Shown here piece after piece: positions 1-12,800 of a DNA stretch of 64,000 nucleotides. Source of the DNA: Haliotis rubra (Eukaryota); contig NW_025767013.1 in NCBI RefSeq assembly GCF_003918875.1, positions 3,348,001 to 3,412,000 of the forward strand. Direction: 5' to 3'. Both the position numbers and the translations under genes were made by a program. Position 1 is the stretch's first letter. Each line of letters starts with the position of its first letter. The notes beneath the pieces are model-generated. The model ran no database searches, was not told the origin of the DNA, and worked only from the letters and a program-made list of their open reading frames with translations.

Positions 1-189
1 ATATATGCCATTCGTAAATTTGTCAATTTTAGGGATACAAAGTAACAGCCTAAAAACAGGGTTTTTTTCTATTTCCGACAGTACTTTATAAATATACACT
101 TTCGAAACAGGAAGACCACTTACTGCATTACTGCATATTCTATGAGGAAACAGATTAGATAGAGATTAGATAGATATTTGATAGATTAG

Positions 190-428
190 TGAGGGAGTTT
201 AGTTTTACGCCACACTCAATATTCATGCTATATGGCGGCGCTCTGTAAATAATGGAGTCTGGACCAGACAATCCAGTGAGCAACAGCATGAGCATTGATC
301 TGCCCAATTGGGAACCGATGACACGTGTCGACCAAGCCAGCGAGCCTGACAACCTGATCCCGTTAGTAGCCTCTTACGACAAGCATGGGTTACTGAAGAT
401 TCATTCTAACCCGGACCTTCACGGGTTT
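190..428 (-). mobile_element. SINE-like family B (~250-270 bp), inserted in a GATA/GATTA microsatellite
   Basis: Matches the consensus ACCCGTGAAGATCCGGG...CCCATGCTTGTCGTAAGAGGCGACTAACGGGATCGGGTGGTCAGGCTCGCTG...GATCGATGCTCATGCTGTTGATCACTGGATTGTCTGGTCCAGAC...GGCGTAAAAC-(ACTC)n. Confidence 0.88.
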
Positions 429-1010
429 AGATAGATTAGAGATTAGATAGAGATTAGATACATTTAGACATAATATATAAAAAATAAATTAAAACAAATC
501 CCAAAAAATCGCATCCAGTATTCAATTTTACTAAAACTTTAAAACTTGTTTTTGCTCACGCTCAGTGAGGACACTTGCAGTGACGCATAAACACGATTGT
601 GATAATATTCAAATTAGATCCATGATGTGTGTCCAAAAGAGACATGGGAATTTGGGGTACGAGTTTTGCGTCGCTTTGGAAAGATTTACCATACTGATAC
701 AAAACGAGCACGAGTACCTGGACATACCTGAAACAATCGGGGGACACAGGGATTCAAACCCACTATCACAGGTTTATAGCATAGCAACTCCTGCTCCAGA
801 CAAGGTGAGCGAGCCAGACCACCCGATCCCGTTAGTCGCCTCTTCCGACAAGTATTATCCTCGATAATCTCCAGGGTATACGTTACGATCACTCTCCATT
901 ATCGAGGATGGACAAGCATGGGTTTCTGAAGACCCATTCTAACCCGGATATTCACCGGTCTCCTAAGATATTGATAATTCACTGGTCCAAACAGTGCCAA
1001 CTCAACTCAC

Positions 1011-4000
1011 CCCATCACAACTTGTATTGCAGGTTGTGAAATTGCAGTCAAATTTGATATTCTTATCATCGCCAAGGTGAAACGACACGAAGTAAGGACT
1101 GAATGAACTTTTGCCAACAGTTGTAAATCCTTCATCCTTCCGGAAAATTATTCCGTCGCCGCAGCTGTAAGAAAATACATTCAAGGTGGCATTAGAACAC
1201 AGGGGTTCGAATCACTGTTTGGACAATAATTTTTAAAATAAAAGTCTAGACTTTTGCAATCGTTTTTTAATGTTATGATTAACCTATGTTTCAAATTTGA
1301 ACGAGATCGGTGAAGGAATGAAGTTTTAAGAAAATTCCACCGCTACACTCATTACATAAAATACAAATTTATATAACGAGTGTAGCGGTAGAATTCTCTA
1401 AAAAAAAAAAGTCATTTTATTTTTGAAAATTGCCCAGTGATTCGAACCCCTGTGCATTAGACCCAGAAACCGCGACAGTGGCCGATGCGGCAATACAAAG
1501 TGTGAAGGCAAGTCCAAAGTCTGTTCTGTGTTTGAAGCGGCAATCAGCAAACTGACGTCTGCAATTGGTCCAGTCTGGATCACACTATCCTGTGATTAAC
1601 ATTATCATCAATCTATCAATTGGTAAACAGTGATGGATCAACCTGTTACAAGGATTGACAATTCCTCACTGCTGAATCCACCAATGTGGAGTTGACAACC
1701 GAAGTGTCTCGGAATGAAATCCACTCATTTAATCTTGACACGCCCGAGATGAAATCCTGCTCAGCAAATTGATTCAGAGGACGGTCTCAACTGTGCCCTT
1801 TCTTTTCACCGTCTCTTATCCTTCTATAATTTAGGAGATTTCCAGCTGTATGGTCCGTAAATAATCGAGTCTGGACCAGACAATCCAGTGATCAACAGCA
1901 TGATCAACAGCATGAACATCGATCTTCGCAATAGGGATACGACGATATGTCTCAACCAAGTCAACGAGCCTGACCACCCGGATCGGGTTAGCCACCTCTT
2001 GCGCATGGGTTGCTGAAGACCAATTCTATCCTTATCTTCACGGGTCATTCACCACCTGACTGCATACAGAATGGGTTGGGAATATCAAGGCATGACTCAT
2101 TTTAACATAAATTGTCAACCTAGTCTTGCACATGCAAAGTATTCATAAGTGCATAATCTGCAAGAATTCTACACGTTGCGTTTGTGTGAGTGAAGGTCAT
2201 GTTTTGATAGTTGTTAAGCTGCTACTTGGTTCATGCAAGGTGTTATTGTCCCACAATGCACCAGATGATCACTATGTACATACCCTGCACGAAGAACGGC
2301 ATATCTCTCCTTGGAGTTGATCCCAACCACGTCACAGGAAGATACCCTTATGCCCACTTCGCCATCCTTACCTACAGGAAACAGTGAGAATTCACGAGAC
2401 ATGTTTACAATGCACTCACCACAGTTGTGAGCAATCTTGCGTGGATTGGGTGAGAATGGTTTTACGCCACTTTTAGCAATATTCCAGCAATATCACGGGG
2501 GGCATCAGAAATGGAATCACACATTGTATCTATGTGGGGAATCGAACCCGGGTGTTCGGCGTGACAAGCCAACGCCTTAACCACTAGGCTACCCCACCGC
2601 CCCCTTGTGTGGACCTACCTTGACACCGAAGTGCAAGGTATGATACTAGTATATATACTTATCACTGCCACGGGTGCACGCAGACATGAGGGTACAGTGC
2701 AGCAATTCAAATGTCAAAAACGGAAATTTTAAATGTTACACAATGAGTAAAATATTAAATCGATTATATTTACGTTACCTTGACACTATAAAAATGTTTT
2801 ACAAATGTTTAAAAAGATAAGCATTTTCCGGCGCCTTCTAGGCAATTTAATATACTGATTCACAAAGCGGTCCTAACTATAGTGTATCATAGGCTTAGGA
2901 AGGTCCAAAAGCTACGAACGTTTTGTGGATCAACTGTCACATTACTGAGACCGGACCAGATGAACCATTTGGGCAATATGTCATCTGTAATAAGTAAATA
3001 GCCCAGTTAAAGCAACCTTCTCTACTTGGCTCTTACATTGGTGCACAGACCAATTCCCCACTCTTTCATGTACAGTTTATCTTCAGCAATGTTTCAGCCA
3101 TTTTGGGCGACTCCGATCGGGAAGCGTGTACGTTAAGTTTTGTCATAGTGTCATACCATCTGTAGTTGCCTTGATCTGAATCTTCCTCTGGGCTGGGATA
3201 TTTGGCCCAATACTGGCGCCTTTCACATCTACAAGACCCAGGTGAATCGATGAGGAAAGCCGAGGGCCTTTATTGAACTGCAGCTCTGCCGGGGCGATAA
3301 GTCTAAACATGAAGTAACGAGTGAGTGAGTACGTTTAGTTTTACGCGGCTTTTAACAATATTCCAGCTATATCACAGCGGGGGACACCAGACATGGGCTT
3401 CACACATTGTACCCATGTTGGGAATCGAACCCGGGTCTTCGGCGTGACGAGCGAACGCTTTAACCACTAGGTTACCCCACCGCCCTGAAGTAACGAGTGA
3501 ATATGGGATTTTTCCAGTATTGTTTGTGTCGGGCAAACAGGGAACTTTTAGCGTTCAAAACTGGATTTTGCTTAAAAAGGTTCCAATTTTCTTAAATTCA
3601 AAATAATGTTTAGGTATTTTAAAGGTATTTTGAAATTCCATTAATATAATAAAGCAAACAGGTTTAATGGTTACGTTAGTGAATTAAAGTCACATGATTC
3701 TTTTTCCAATCCAGTGACCAGGAAAATTCAAATATGTTGCTTTTGACAAATAATCACATTAGACAGTTCTATTGTATAAACACATCTTCCCAGTGTATGG
3801 GAACTGACTGACCAAAAATAGTTTTCACGCTTGGTCTGCAAATACTGCATCAATAATCTCAACGGCGGTCACCGTGTTAATGACCCGGATGTTGATTTCA
3901 CCAAGCGATTTTGATTGGCACCAGTCTCGTCAGCCAAATTACAAGACCACAGTACGAAACTAGTTTGGAAAGGTTAGAACCAGTCTTGGTAAAGTGCACT

Positions 4001-5100
4001 GCCTTGGGATAAATAAACCGGGGCTGCCATGTGTACTACAGAGGTGATCCGATTATGATCGTTGGGACAGCTGCTGAGCAGCGGCACCTACCCGCGTAGC
4101 GCCTGTTTTGAGGCGGTGGACTTCACACCGTAGTCGCCGAACGAACAGGAAACCACGTACTGCTCGGCATTCGTAATGATAGGACTTCCTTTTTCGCCCC
4201 ATGCTACGTAAACGGTCGTGGTGTACACTGTGGCCCCTTCCCGTTTCTGCAAAATGTTAACAACTTCTGTAAAAACAAACACTACCATTACATTTACTAT
4301 TTGTGCTTACGATGGTTTTGTGTTATGATATTCAACAATCTCACAAATTGTACATACCTCCCGAGATGACTGGGACACCAGTGCCAGTGGCTTATTATTA
4401 TACAATACGATAAAGAAGAATCGTTGGTTCAAATCTCATTCTGCGACGTGACGTCGATTACAGTTATACAACCTTCGCCCAAATCTGGTTTAATATAAAT
4501 CTGTAAACGTAGTAGCGCTGTAGGTATACTGAAACTTCAACACTGTTCTTTATTACCAGATGTTCACATTAAAGGGCAAGTTACGTACAACCAATAAAGA
4601 CGGATTTGGGTCCAGTACACTTCATGATGGAAAATGATGAGCAATTAATACTTCTTTGTCCCATATTTTTATCGATCTTATGTCAAAACGTTAGCCTCAT
4701 TTCTTCATACGAACGACCAGAAGCAACGTTAAGCAGTCATACAATGATAGTATGCTACCACTCACCGCCAGTGCAAGTTCAAATTACTGTAACTTACCTC
4801 CAATACGCAACGAGCGCCGCCATTGTCTTTGAACGTGATTGGCAGGATGCAATGTGCAGCATCGGTTGCATTGAAAAGTTGTAGGCCGTTCTTACATTTT
4901 GCTGTCACACGAACACTCAAGTCAGATATTACCTCAATGTTGCCATTTGACTTGCCATCTCCACAATGGGCAACGACTGAAATCATAAAATCAAGTCCGG
5001 TAAGATTTTACACAAATCTCTCCCATTCGGCTCCATTGACATTGTTATATTTTTATAAACCTAACCTTGACATTTTAGGAAGCAGCGAGTTGGGCTTAAG

Positions 5101-5154
<54 letters not shown>

Positions 5155-6675
5155 GCGTATGGGACTTTCACAATTGGTGAAAGCTGTTACGGATATGTGT
5201 TGACAAACCTAGAAACAATCAGAGCGAGTCGATATTCGATTTCTGGCGCGCCTAAGGGGACAACTCCGCCCAGGGAAAGAAATCTACATCAAACACTTAT
5301 CGAAAATCGGAAACCAATGTTATCTCTGGATGACACGGACATCATTGAGGCCCTCTTATGTGTATATAGAGCAGAATATGAGTGATTCATTGGTTGATAG
5401 GACAAGCAGTGAGTGAATATGATTTGACGCCGCCTTCAGCAATATTCCAGCAATATCACGGCGGGGGACACTAGAAATGGGTTTCACATTGTACCCGTGT
5501 GGAATCAAACATGCCTTCGGCGTGACGAGCAGGACGCGTCATTAGGCTACCCAACCGCCCCTGTATGACTACGAGAGCATGGCATCACAGACAAAATCAA
5601 AGAGGTAACAGTGTAACCGGCGTGTCCTCCGTGGAATGCTAAAGAATTGGTTGTGAATTCAGTACCAAGCGATGTTCAGTTTATTCCAATATCCATCCTC
5701 TGATTACATCAGTTATAGTGCCCGTTTTTCCCGATCGTTAGGCCAGTTTTAATTCACTGTATTCATCAATATTAAAGACTGGATTTTTGAAAACATTAAA
5801 AGATACATGGGTGGTACTCACCTTTAATGATGAAGTTCGAGGGCAGGCCCGTCACATACACGGGGACCTGAAATAATTTCATGCACACCCCAGGTTTACA
5901 CACAAAGAATACTTAGTGTTTAACGTTGTTTTTTCAATAAAAAGTCCTAATTGAAGACCCACTTGGGTAACATTTCCGCCCGTATCCCCGCCATATTTTA
6001 ACGATGAGGAACAATTTCTTTGAGTGGCATTTTTAGAAGTTGGATATGTCTTTGAATATATTGAGATACAATTAAACGAACATGTTAAAACTCATCCTTA
6101 TCAGATGAATATATATTCAGGTAATTATTTGACTAGAATGATACTTAAGGGGGGCACGGGCGGAAGTCTTTCCAATGTATTTTTATAAGATTCGAGTAAA
6201 AGCATGGTGTCACATTACTAACCGCTGTATCGAGTAGTAAAAGCGGCGCGAATTACAGCTACGATTTCCCAACTACCTCATTGGTTACAAATATAATGTA
6301 GACAGTTGCAGAAGAAAAGAGGTGAGGTGAGGTGAAATTGGGTTGAACGTCGTGCTTGAGAATATTTCGCTCATATGACGACGTGCATGCGGGTGTATGT
6401 GTATGTGCGGCTGCTCGTACTAGCCCAGACTGAAGCTGGTTTTATAGTGCTAGCCCACTGAGATACCATGCCGCAGTGAAGCATGAATATCCCACTCAGA
6501 CACATTATACCGACTCCGAGCCGACCAGTCCTTGTTCTATCCATTAACGCTCTAACATCTACACCACGGAGGCGGTCACAGAAGAAAGGAAAAACCCAAA
6601 TGAAAATTCGAAACAGACAATAAACACGCTACTCACAGATATTGCCAGAAGTAACCCAGCAACCCACACAGCCAT
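1011..6675 (-). CDS. Vitelline-envelope ZP-domain protein, paralogue 1 (VEZP/VERL ZP-module family); 3' end unresolved
   Basis: Exons with AG/GT boundaries and consistent phases: 6675-6637, 5867-5822, 4976-4798, 4246-4092, 3302-3157, 2371-2284, 1164-1011. Protein: signal peptide MAVWVAGLLLAISVPVYVTG, ZP-N-like Cys pattern, ZP-C end RAGCGDGIIFRKDEGFTTVGKSSFSPYFVSF...FDCNFTTCNTSCDG. This matches the remembered VERL/VEZP signature GCGDG-x-F..GF-x-T..SP-x-F..F-x-CNFT-x-C..CDG. Exon sizes 155/146/88/154 are identical to paralogue 2. Confidence 0.88.
1198..1454. mobile_element. MITE with CACAGGGG termini
   Basis: 20-bp perfect TIR CACAGGGGTTCGAATCACTG; flanks CATTAGAA and CATTAGAC (7/8 TSD). Confidence 0.85.
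1835..2047 (-). mobile_element. SINE-like family B
   Basis: Degenerate copy; further fragments at ~770-960 and ~1560-1700. Confidence 0.82.
2448..2604 (-). mobile_element. SINE family A (tRNA-derived, ~160 bp)
   Basis: Matches the family consensus GGGGCGGTGGGGTAGCCTAGTGGTTAAAGCG...GGTTCGATTCCC...GCTGGAATATTGCTAAAAGCGGCGTAAAAC-(ACTC)n. Confidence 0.88.
3325..3486 (-). mobile_element. SINE family A
   Basis: Full copy with pol III A and B boxes; TSD GAAGTAACGAGTGA. Confidence 0.92.
5106..5150. repeat. (TA)n microsatellite
   Basis: About 22 TA units. Confidence 0.97.
5408..5561 (-). mobile_element. SINE family A
   Basis: Degenerate full copy. Confidence 0.85.
6319..6577 (-). mobile_element. 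Third SINE type (Meta/MESC-like core, partly deleted tRNA head)
   Basis: Minus strand GACCGCCTCCGTGGTGTAGATGTTAGAGCG (A box)...GGACTGGTCGGCTCGGAGTCGGTATAATGTGTCTGAGTGGG...GAAATATTCTCAAGCACGACGTTCAACC-(TCACC)n. Confidence 0.7.
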
Positions 6676-7121
6676 ACCTGCAGAAGACGCCGAGAAGATA
6701 CATTACAATCTCTGTAACAAACTGCACAGCATATGGGCGAATAGTGGAAACTGAAATATTAATCTCCACATAAAGTTGTATCAAAAAATGTAGCCGAACC
6801 TAAACTATTTGAAGAAAATATATTGCAAGCATTGATAAAAATATAGTACGTATTATTACGTGAATATTATGCCAATTCACTTTACAGAATATTCCGCTGT
6901 TTGTAAATGCAGAACTCAAATGCTACGTTTCAGTTGGTTTTAATTTATTTGTAACTCAGACAAAATTTTAGAATATTTATCAACAACACATTAAATTCTG
7001 AATACATTTGTGTCCGAGGAACGAGCTAAGTATGAAGACAACGCACCTGTTTTGTTGCAGATACAAAACAAGAGCAACAATTTCACCAGTAAAGATAATT
7101 TATCTCCGGATTGAAAAACAT

Positions 7122-7387
7122 TCTTACCGACATGGAGTGAAGACACGCTCTGAGCAAGTCCACGGGGTTATGAAGCCAGGGACGGAAACACCAGTGTTAC
7201 TTTCAGGCAAAACTCGTGCATTGTTATCCAATCAAATTGGCTGTCACAAATAATCTCGTTTTGTTAACCTATCACTAACACCGTTCTAAAGAAGCTCGAA
7301 GGCATAAAAGCATGAGGCAGCGCATGGATTTTTCAGGCGTCCGCTGTCCATCGCGTGCTAGGCAGAACTGAACATTTTCAGGTAACA
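7122..7387. promoter_or_regulatory. Candidate bidirectional promoter of the ZP gene pair
   Basis: Minus-strand donor GTAAGA (7127-7122) and plus-strand donor CAG|GTAACA (7382) flank opposed CCAAT (7228-7232) and ATTGG (7236-7240) boxes and a CATAAAAG box (7303-7310). Both ATG exons begin 2 nt after a splice acceptor, implying upstream non-coding exons. Confidence 0.4.
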
Positions 7388-7474
7388 CTAACTTACAGCC
7401 ATTTTGGATAACATCTTTTGATTATTCACAAAATGAAAACAATAATGGTTGCCCGTGTCGTCGATTCTGCTATC

Positions 7475-8652
7475 AAAGAAATTAAACTGATCCAATGTGA
7501 AGCGCTCATGCATACTTCCACGGTCGTGTATTACGTTGAAATATACAATAAACATTATTTTGACTACACGACATGTATACGGCATAGGACAGAACTGAAG
7601 GAATATGAACTGATCCGATGTGAAGTGCCCATGCATATTTCCACGGTCGTGTATTACGTTGAAATGTAGGGGAGACCGGGGTCAATTGTAACATTTTTAC
7701 TTAAGTTCTTGTAATTCGATATTAGTCGACCGCTCACAAAGTTTATCGGTACTAACTAATACATTGGCATCTTGGCTCTAAACCTCGGAGTCATTTAAAG
7801 TTCACGATCATGTCGTTACAAAGTCAAAACGTATCAAATGCAATGACTGCAATTGTAACAGATGGATGGGGCAATTGTAACAAAGAAGGTTCGAACGTAA
7901 GAATCTGTTTATTTTCCAAAGACAATCAAAATGAAATGTGGAAAGATGTTACCTTGATCAATTGAGGTGGATATGGATTAACATTGAACCTTTGTCACCA
8001 TCGACATTAAAAATGTTTTTCGTTTAAAATTCTTGTTTTCGTATGCACAAAATATATAATACAAAGACTAACACCAAAATCTTTCACCGGAGGGCTGATA
8101 CTATCAACATTAGACTGAAAATGTTCTAATATGATGAAACTAGTAAAGAACTAACATAAAACCGACATCATAATTTGCTTCATTATCATTACATAAGGGA
8201 AAATTACATGGGGGCAGTTGTAACACAGTGTTACAATTGCCCCCGATGCTAGTAGCCATGTTTCATGCCACGACATATGTTAACAACGTTGGGCTTCTCA
8301 AATATTTCTACTTCAAAATAAGTCGTTATACCTCAATTTTACACATGAAAAGTTAATTTGATACCAAGCAACATTTACTGCATTAAGAACGTTTTACTGC
8401 GTTTTTTGAAAAATTTACTTATGTAAAAAAGGATGTTTCGTCCACTGTATCTCGCCATGAGCGAGCAGCTGAAAAACGCCCGGATGTGTACCGCAGGAAA
8501 GCAAAGGAAAATAACTCTACTCACCTACATTATGCTTGAGGGAAAACTTTTAGAGTAATCGCCTTTACAATTGACCCCGGTCTCCCCTACAGTAAGCGTT
8601 GTGCACAAAGTTATTTTGACTACCCGACATGTATACGGCATAAGATAGAATC
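7475..8652. repeat. Two-copy ~120-bp direct repeat, second copy interrupted by the 7669-8587 element
   Basis: AACTGATCCRATGTGAAG...TTCCACGGTCGTGTATTACGTTGAAAT...TTATTTTGACTAC.CGACATGTATACGGCATA occurs at ~7486-7592 and at 7608-7668 + 8588-8650. Confidence 0.85.
7669..8587. mobile_element. Non-autonomous TA-targeting DNA transposon (Tc1/mariner/pogo-type ends)
   Basis: TIR GGGGAGACCGGGGTCAATTGTAA, flanked by TA on both sides; internal repeats of GGGGCARTTGTAACA; no transposase ORF. Confidence 0.88.
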
Positions 8653-8725
8653 TTTCATATATTGTCTAGTTGAAACTCATTGTAGGATCGTATGGTCTTG
8701 TTCTTTGAGTAACTTGTGTTTCACA

Positions 8726-9173
8726 CACAGGGGCGTGTCACGCTTAGAAACAGCGTTAGAAAGACATATCTATAGACCCTACCCTAGAACCATATAAAAG
8801 GAAAGGGATGTAACGACAGAACCACCTCTCCTCAAATATAGATTTCACCACGTAAACTATTTTTAAGGCCCCGCCCACATAGGTGCTGTCAACGTGGATG
8901 ATAGCTGTTTTCGGTGAGTCGTTGCGTATAACTTTTGAAATAATGATCCGATTGTGACCATTTATAGCTTTTTTTGTAGGGAAATTATGTCGCTTTCGAC
9001 CCGTAGGCCTCGACTGGGCCTTAAAAAATAGTTTACGTGGTGAAATCTAACTTTGATTGAGGAGGGGGTGGTTCCGTCGTTACATCCCTTTCCTTTTATA
9101 CACTAGTAGTTCTAGGGTGGGGTCTATATACCTGTCTTTTTAACGCTGTTTCTAAGCGTGACACGCCCCTGTG
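8726..9173. mobile_element. Fold-back MITE with ~145-bp imperfect TIRs and CACAGGGG termini
   Basis: 8726-8871 is the reverse complement of ~9016-9173; flanks GTTTCACA and CTTTCACA (7/8 TSD). Confidence 0.88.
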
Positions 9174-9526
9174 CTTTCACATGTAACAGGCTGGGCTAGG
9201 CATGGGAAGCCTCTGTGAGCAGTTGGGGTGGTTTTAGGCGAGTTTAGTCTGTCATCCTCGATAATCTGCAGGGTAAACGTTCCGATAAATCTGAAGTATA
9301 CCCTGGAGATTATCGAGGATGAGTCTCAGTGTTCTACTTTATTTCCCCTGATATCTCGAGTTCTTATTTCAATGTGTTTCTCACCCCAAGCAGGCGGCGG
9401 AAAACTTATGTAACGTTTTTTATTAAATTTTAAACTTTACATCACTTTAGTCATTTGATTAATTTATGATATATTTCGGGTCGCTTTACTTCAGAAACAA
9501 ACATGCATATATAGTCCAACTACATG

Positions 9527-9725
9527 TATATGGCGGCAGTCGTGAATAATCGTGTTTGGACCAGACAATCTAGTGACCAACATCATGAGCATCGGTCTAC
9601 GCAATTGAGATACGTAATTGACACGTGTCAACCAAGTCAGACAGACTGACCACCCGATCCCGTTAGTCGCCTCTTAGGACAACCACAGGTTGCTGAAGGC
9701 CAATTCTAACCCGGATCTTCACGGC
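9527..9725 (-). mobile_element. SINE-like family B
   Basis: 3'-truncated copy. Confidence 0.85.
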
Positions 9726-9843
9726 TAGAATCTATTTGTACAAGATTGCCACAACCGGTTGAACACGATTTTCTAAAGTATTAAAATGTCTCCACTGGGC
9801 TAGGTTGTTTATTACATTTATTTCCCACTTGACTGTTGCAGCA

Positions 9844-12800
9844 ATGGCACCGACTTCAGCCGCCATCACCGTCCTCCTGATGTTTCTGTTGCCGGTACGA
9901 CTTCCAGGGAGACCGGGTGGGGGGGCTCTAGGTTAGACCAGTCTAATGACTGTCCGATCTAAATTAAAATAGGACCAGGACCACCTTATTCTTTTAGTCT
10001 GTCTAATGCATTTCTGCGTGATGCTGAGAGCCCGCCCAAAGCTGTTTTATGAGGATTTTCGAGGGGAAACTTGGGTGAGGTAAAATGCAAATGTGTAGAA
10101 TCTATATTCCTTTCATAAATCATGTTTTAAAAAATAACGGGTAATTCGGTCTCGATTGGTAAACTGGAGTAAAATGTGTTATATTTTGGGGGATCACTTC
10201 CCTTCTGATACTGTTCATGTGGAAGACATGCTCCTGATGTTTCAGCGTCATTTGGTGGCTATTCCTCATCACTTCATAATGAAGGGTGAGTAACTTCTTG
10301 GTTCATATTGAGTCAGCTAATACGAACTGCATCATAGGAGTGAGTGAGTTTAGTTTTACGCCGCACTCCGCAATATCCCAGCTATATGGTTGCGGTCTGT
10401 AAATAATCGAGTCTGGACCAGACAATCCAGTGATCAACAGCATGAGCATCGATCTGCGCAATTAGGAACCGATGACATGTGTCAACCAAGTCGGCGAAAC
10501 TGACCACCCGATCCCGTTAGTCGCCTCTTACAAGCATAGTCGCATTTTATGGCAAGCGTGGGTTGCTGAAGACCCATTATATCCCGGATCTTCACGGGTC
10601 ACTGCATCATAGGTCTTATAAACTGACAACATGCCACAGTGAGATAATATTTAATCTTCGTTACTGCATCGCCTGTTTGCAGCCCGCGGTGTTGGTTAGG
10701 TAGCCTACTGGTGAAAGCGTTCGCTTGTCACGCTGAAGGCCCGGGTTCAATTACCCACATGTTACAATGTGTGAAGCCCATTTCTGGTGTCCCTCGCCGT
10801 GATATTGCTGGAATATTGCTAAAAGCGGCGTAAAACCACTCGCTCATTTTAACCCACACATCGCGGTTTGTAAGGGCTGGTATTTAAATGGACACGGTCG
10901 GCAAGATGTTTTCGGATATCGAAAACCACACAATGACTTCACAAGAACCAGCACGTAATTAGGTATAGTGATGAACTGGTGTCTGGATATCATAGGATAT
11001 CGACGACTTTGTCCTCTTGTTTCAGCTTTGTAAGACCCTTATTCCTCACTTCAATCTTGAACCGCCCCCAATATTGAACAGGACTTGCATCCAATCAGAT
11101 TCCTTGTTTTGCCAGTCGCTCCGGAATGTGGTCCTAATGTGAAGAGTGTGGCGAAGATCAACATCGTCACCGATCTGCATATAACGGGCTTTGCCAGGTG
11201 CAAAGATGGAAAGAAATACGAATTCCGTTCCAGCAACCGCGTGAACCACTTTCTGGAAGTCTCTTATGCGGGATCTGGTTGTGTTTTCTTTGTGAGTGGA
11301 AACATAAATAAGAAATATTCTTATATTCTTTGAACTTTGCTAACGCTCTGCTGTTCGTTCCAGTATCTTCAAATAAAGACCTTTCTTGGAAATATTCCCA
11401 TCGACGACTGAAACTTGTTTGACCGATTCTATTGTATGTTGCAGTAACTAGCGTTAAGGTTTAATTAAAATGAATTTTTAATTTATATGTAACAGAAAAT
11501 GGACTCGTCTAACGTGTATACCGTCCCCATTTTCATCCAATGGGGGTCGCCCGCCAGTCCACTGCAGACAAGTGAGGAACAGTACCAAGTCACGTGTACC
11601 TTCGACAAGAATGGGGAAAGTAAAAGTGGTTCTAAGATCATTACAGACGCGTGAGTAGATCGTCTTCTCTCTACATGTAGGTCATTAATTTATTATTTCC
11701 TAGGCATGTGTCGTGCAGGTGTACCGCCCTACCGCCTGCCAGAGTCCGGTGGTTCGAATGCCAGGTTCACATCCGTATTTCCCGCGTTTTGTCAGCGTTT
11801 GCAACCAGCGCCTGTATCGCTCTTTCACTCGAGCCTTCAGAAGTGATGTCAGGAGTCTGTTAAATACTTAAACATTTAATTTCGATTTTTGATGTATTAA
11901 ATGACAGGATATAATTTGCATCAAAGTGGAAGCAGTATTCAAAATGACCGTAAATTGTTCGTTGTCCTGTTGTCTGCACCCAATTTGTTTCCATTATTTG
12001 AAGGCATGGGTCACACCAGTTTAAGCTGGAGACCCTGGTTCGGTCCCCCACATGGATGCAATGTCTGGTGTCCCCTGCCGTGATATTGCTGGAAAATTGC
12101 TAAAAGCGGCGTAAAACCAAACTCTCAGTATTTCGTTTCTGAAATACCAGGTAGGATAGTTGTCCAATCGTAACTTTTAAGCAGTCGGTTAATCTTTCAG
12201 ACTTCTCGCCCCTCGGGAGATTCAGACAAACCTTGGGCCCTTGGCCAAATCTGGATATACCCTGGACATGACAAACGTACTGGGGAACGCCCTGCCCAGC
12301 ACTGTAGACATCGGGAGGATGGTGAAGCTAACGGCAAAGTCAGATGGTAAAGGCATTTGTCTTGTACAAGATTTGCTCCAAAGCCAGATGTTCGAATTTA
12401 TGATAACCATATTATATATTTGTTTAAACGGAGAAAAGGCTGCATCCTGGCAAACATGGATTTTATTCATTACTGAAGTGGGTTATTCGATTTGAATGAG
12501 AAATACATTTTAAAGTACTTTTAAATAATACTTAAGGATATGTGAAATGTTGAAAGGATTTCTATTAACCAAATAATTCGGCCCGGTGCATAAACCTCTT
12601 CATGAACTTCCTACATTTCTTAAACCTTTAATATCTTCTGTTAAGCTGTATTCCAAGATATTTAAATATGGCTTCTTTGAAACATTATTTTCATAAGCAA
12701 ATATTGTTGCCGATCAATATACGTCATTGAAGAATTACATACACAAGTTGAAAAAAATACAAGTGGATATATGGGTTATGTTATAGTGTTTGGTTTTGTC

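Noticed and set aside
118-150. Possible 16-nt minus-strand exon (tag|AATATGCAGTAATGCA|gtaagt) for ZP paralogue 1
   Set aside because: It reads NMQ* in the required phase and lacks the final ZP-C cysteine; probably chance splice-like motifs.
252-434. Recurrent short ORFs MESGPDNPV.../MINSMSIDL... (also 17675, 36764, 42795)
   Set aside because: Translations of SINE family B; disrupted differently in each copy.
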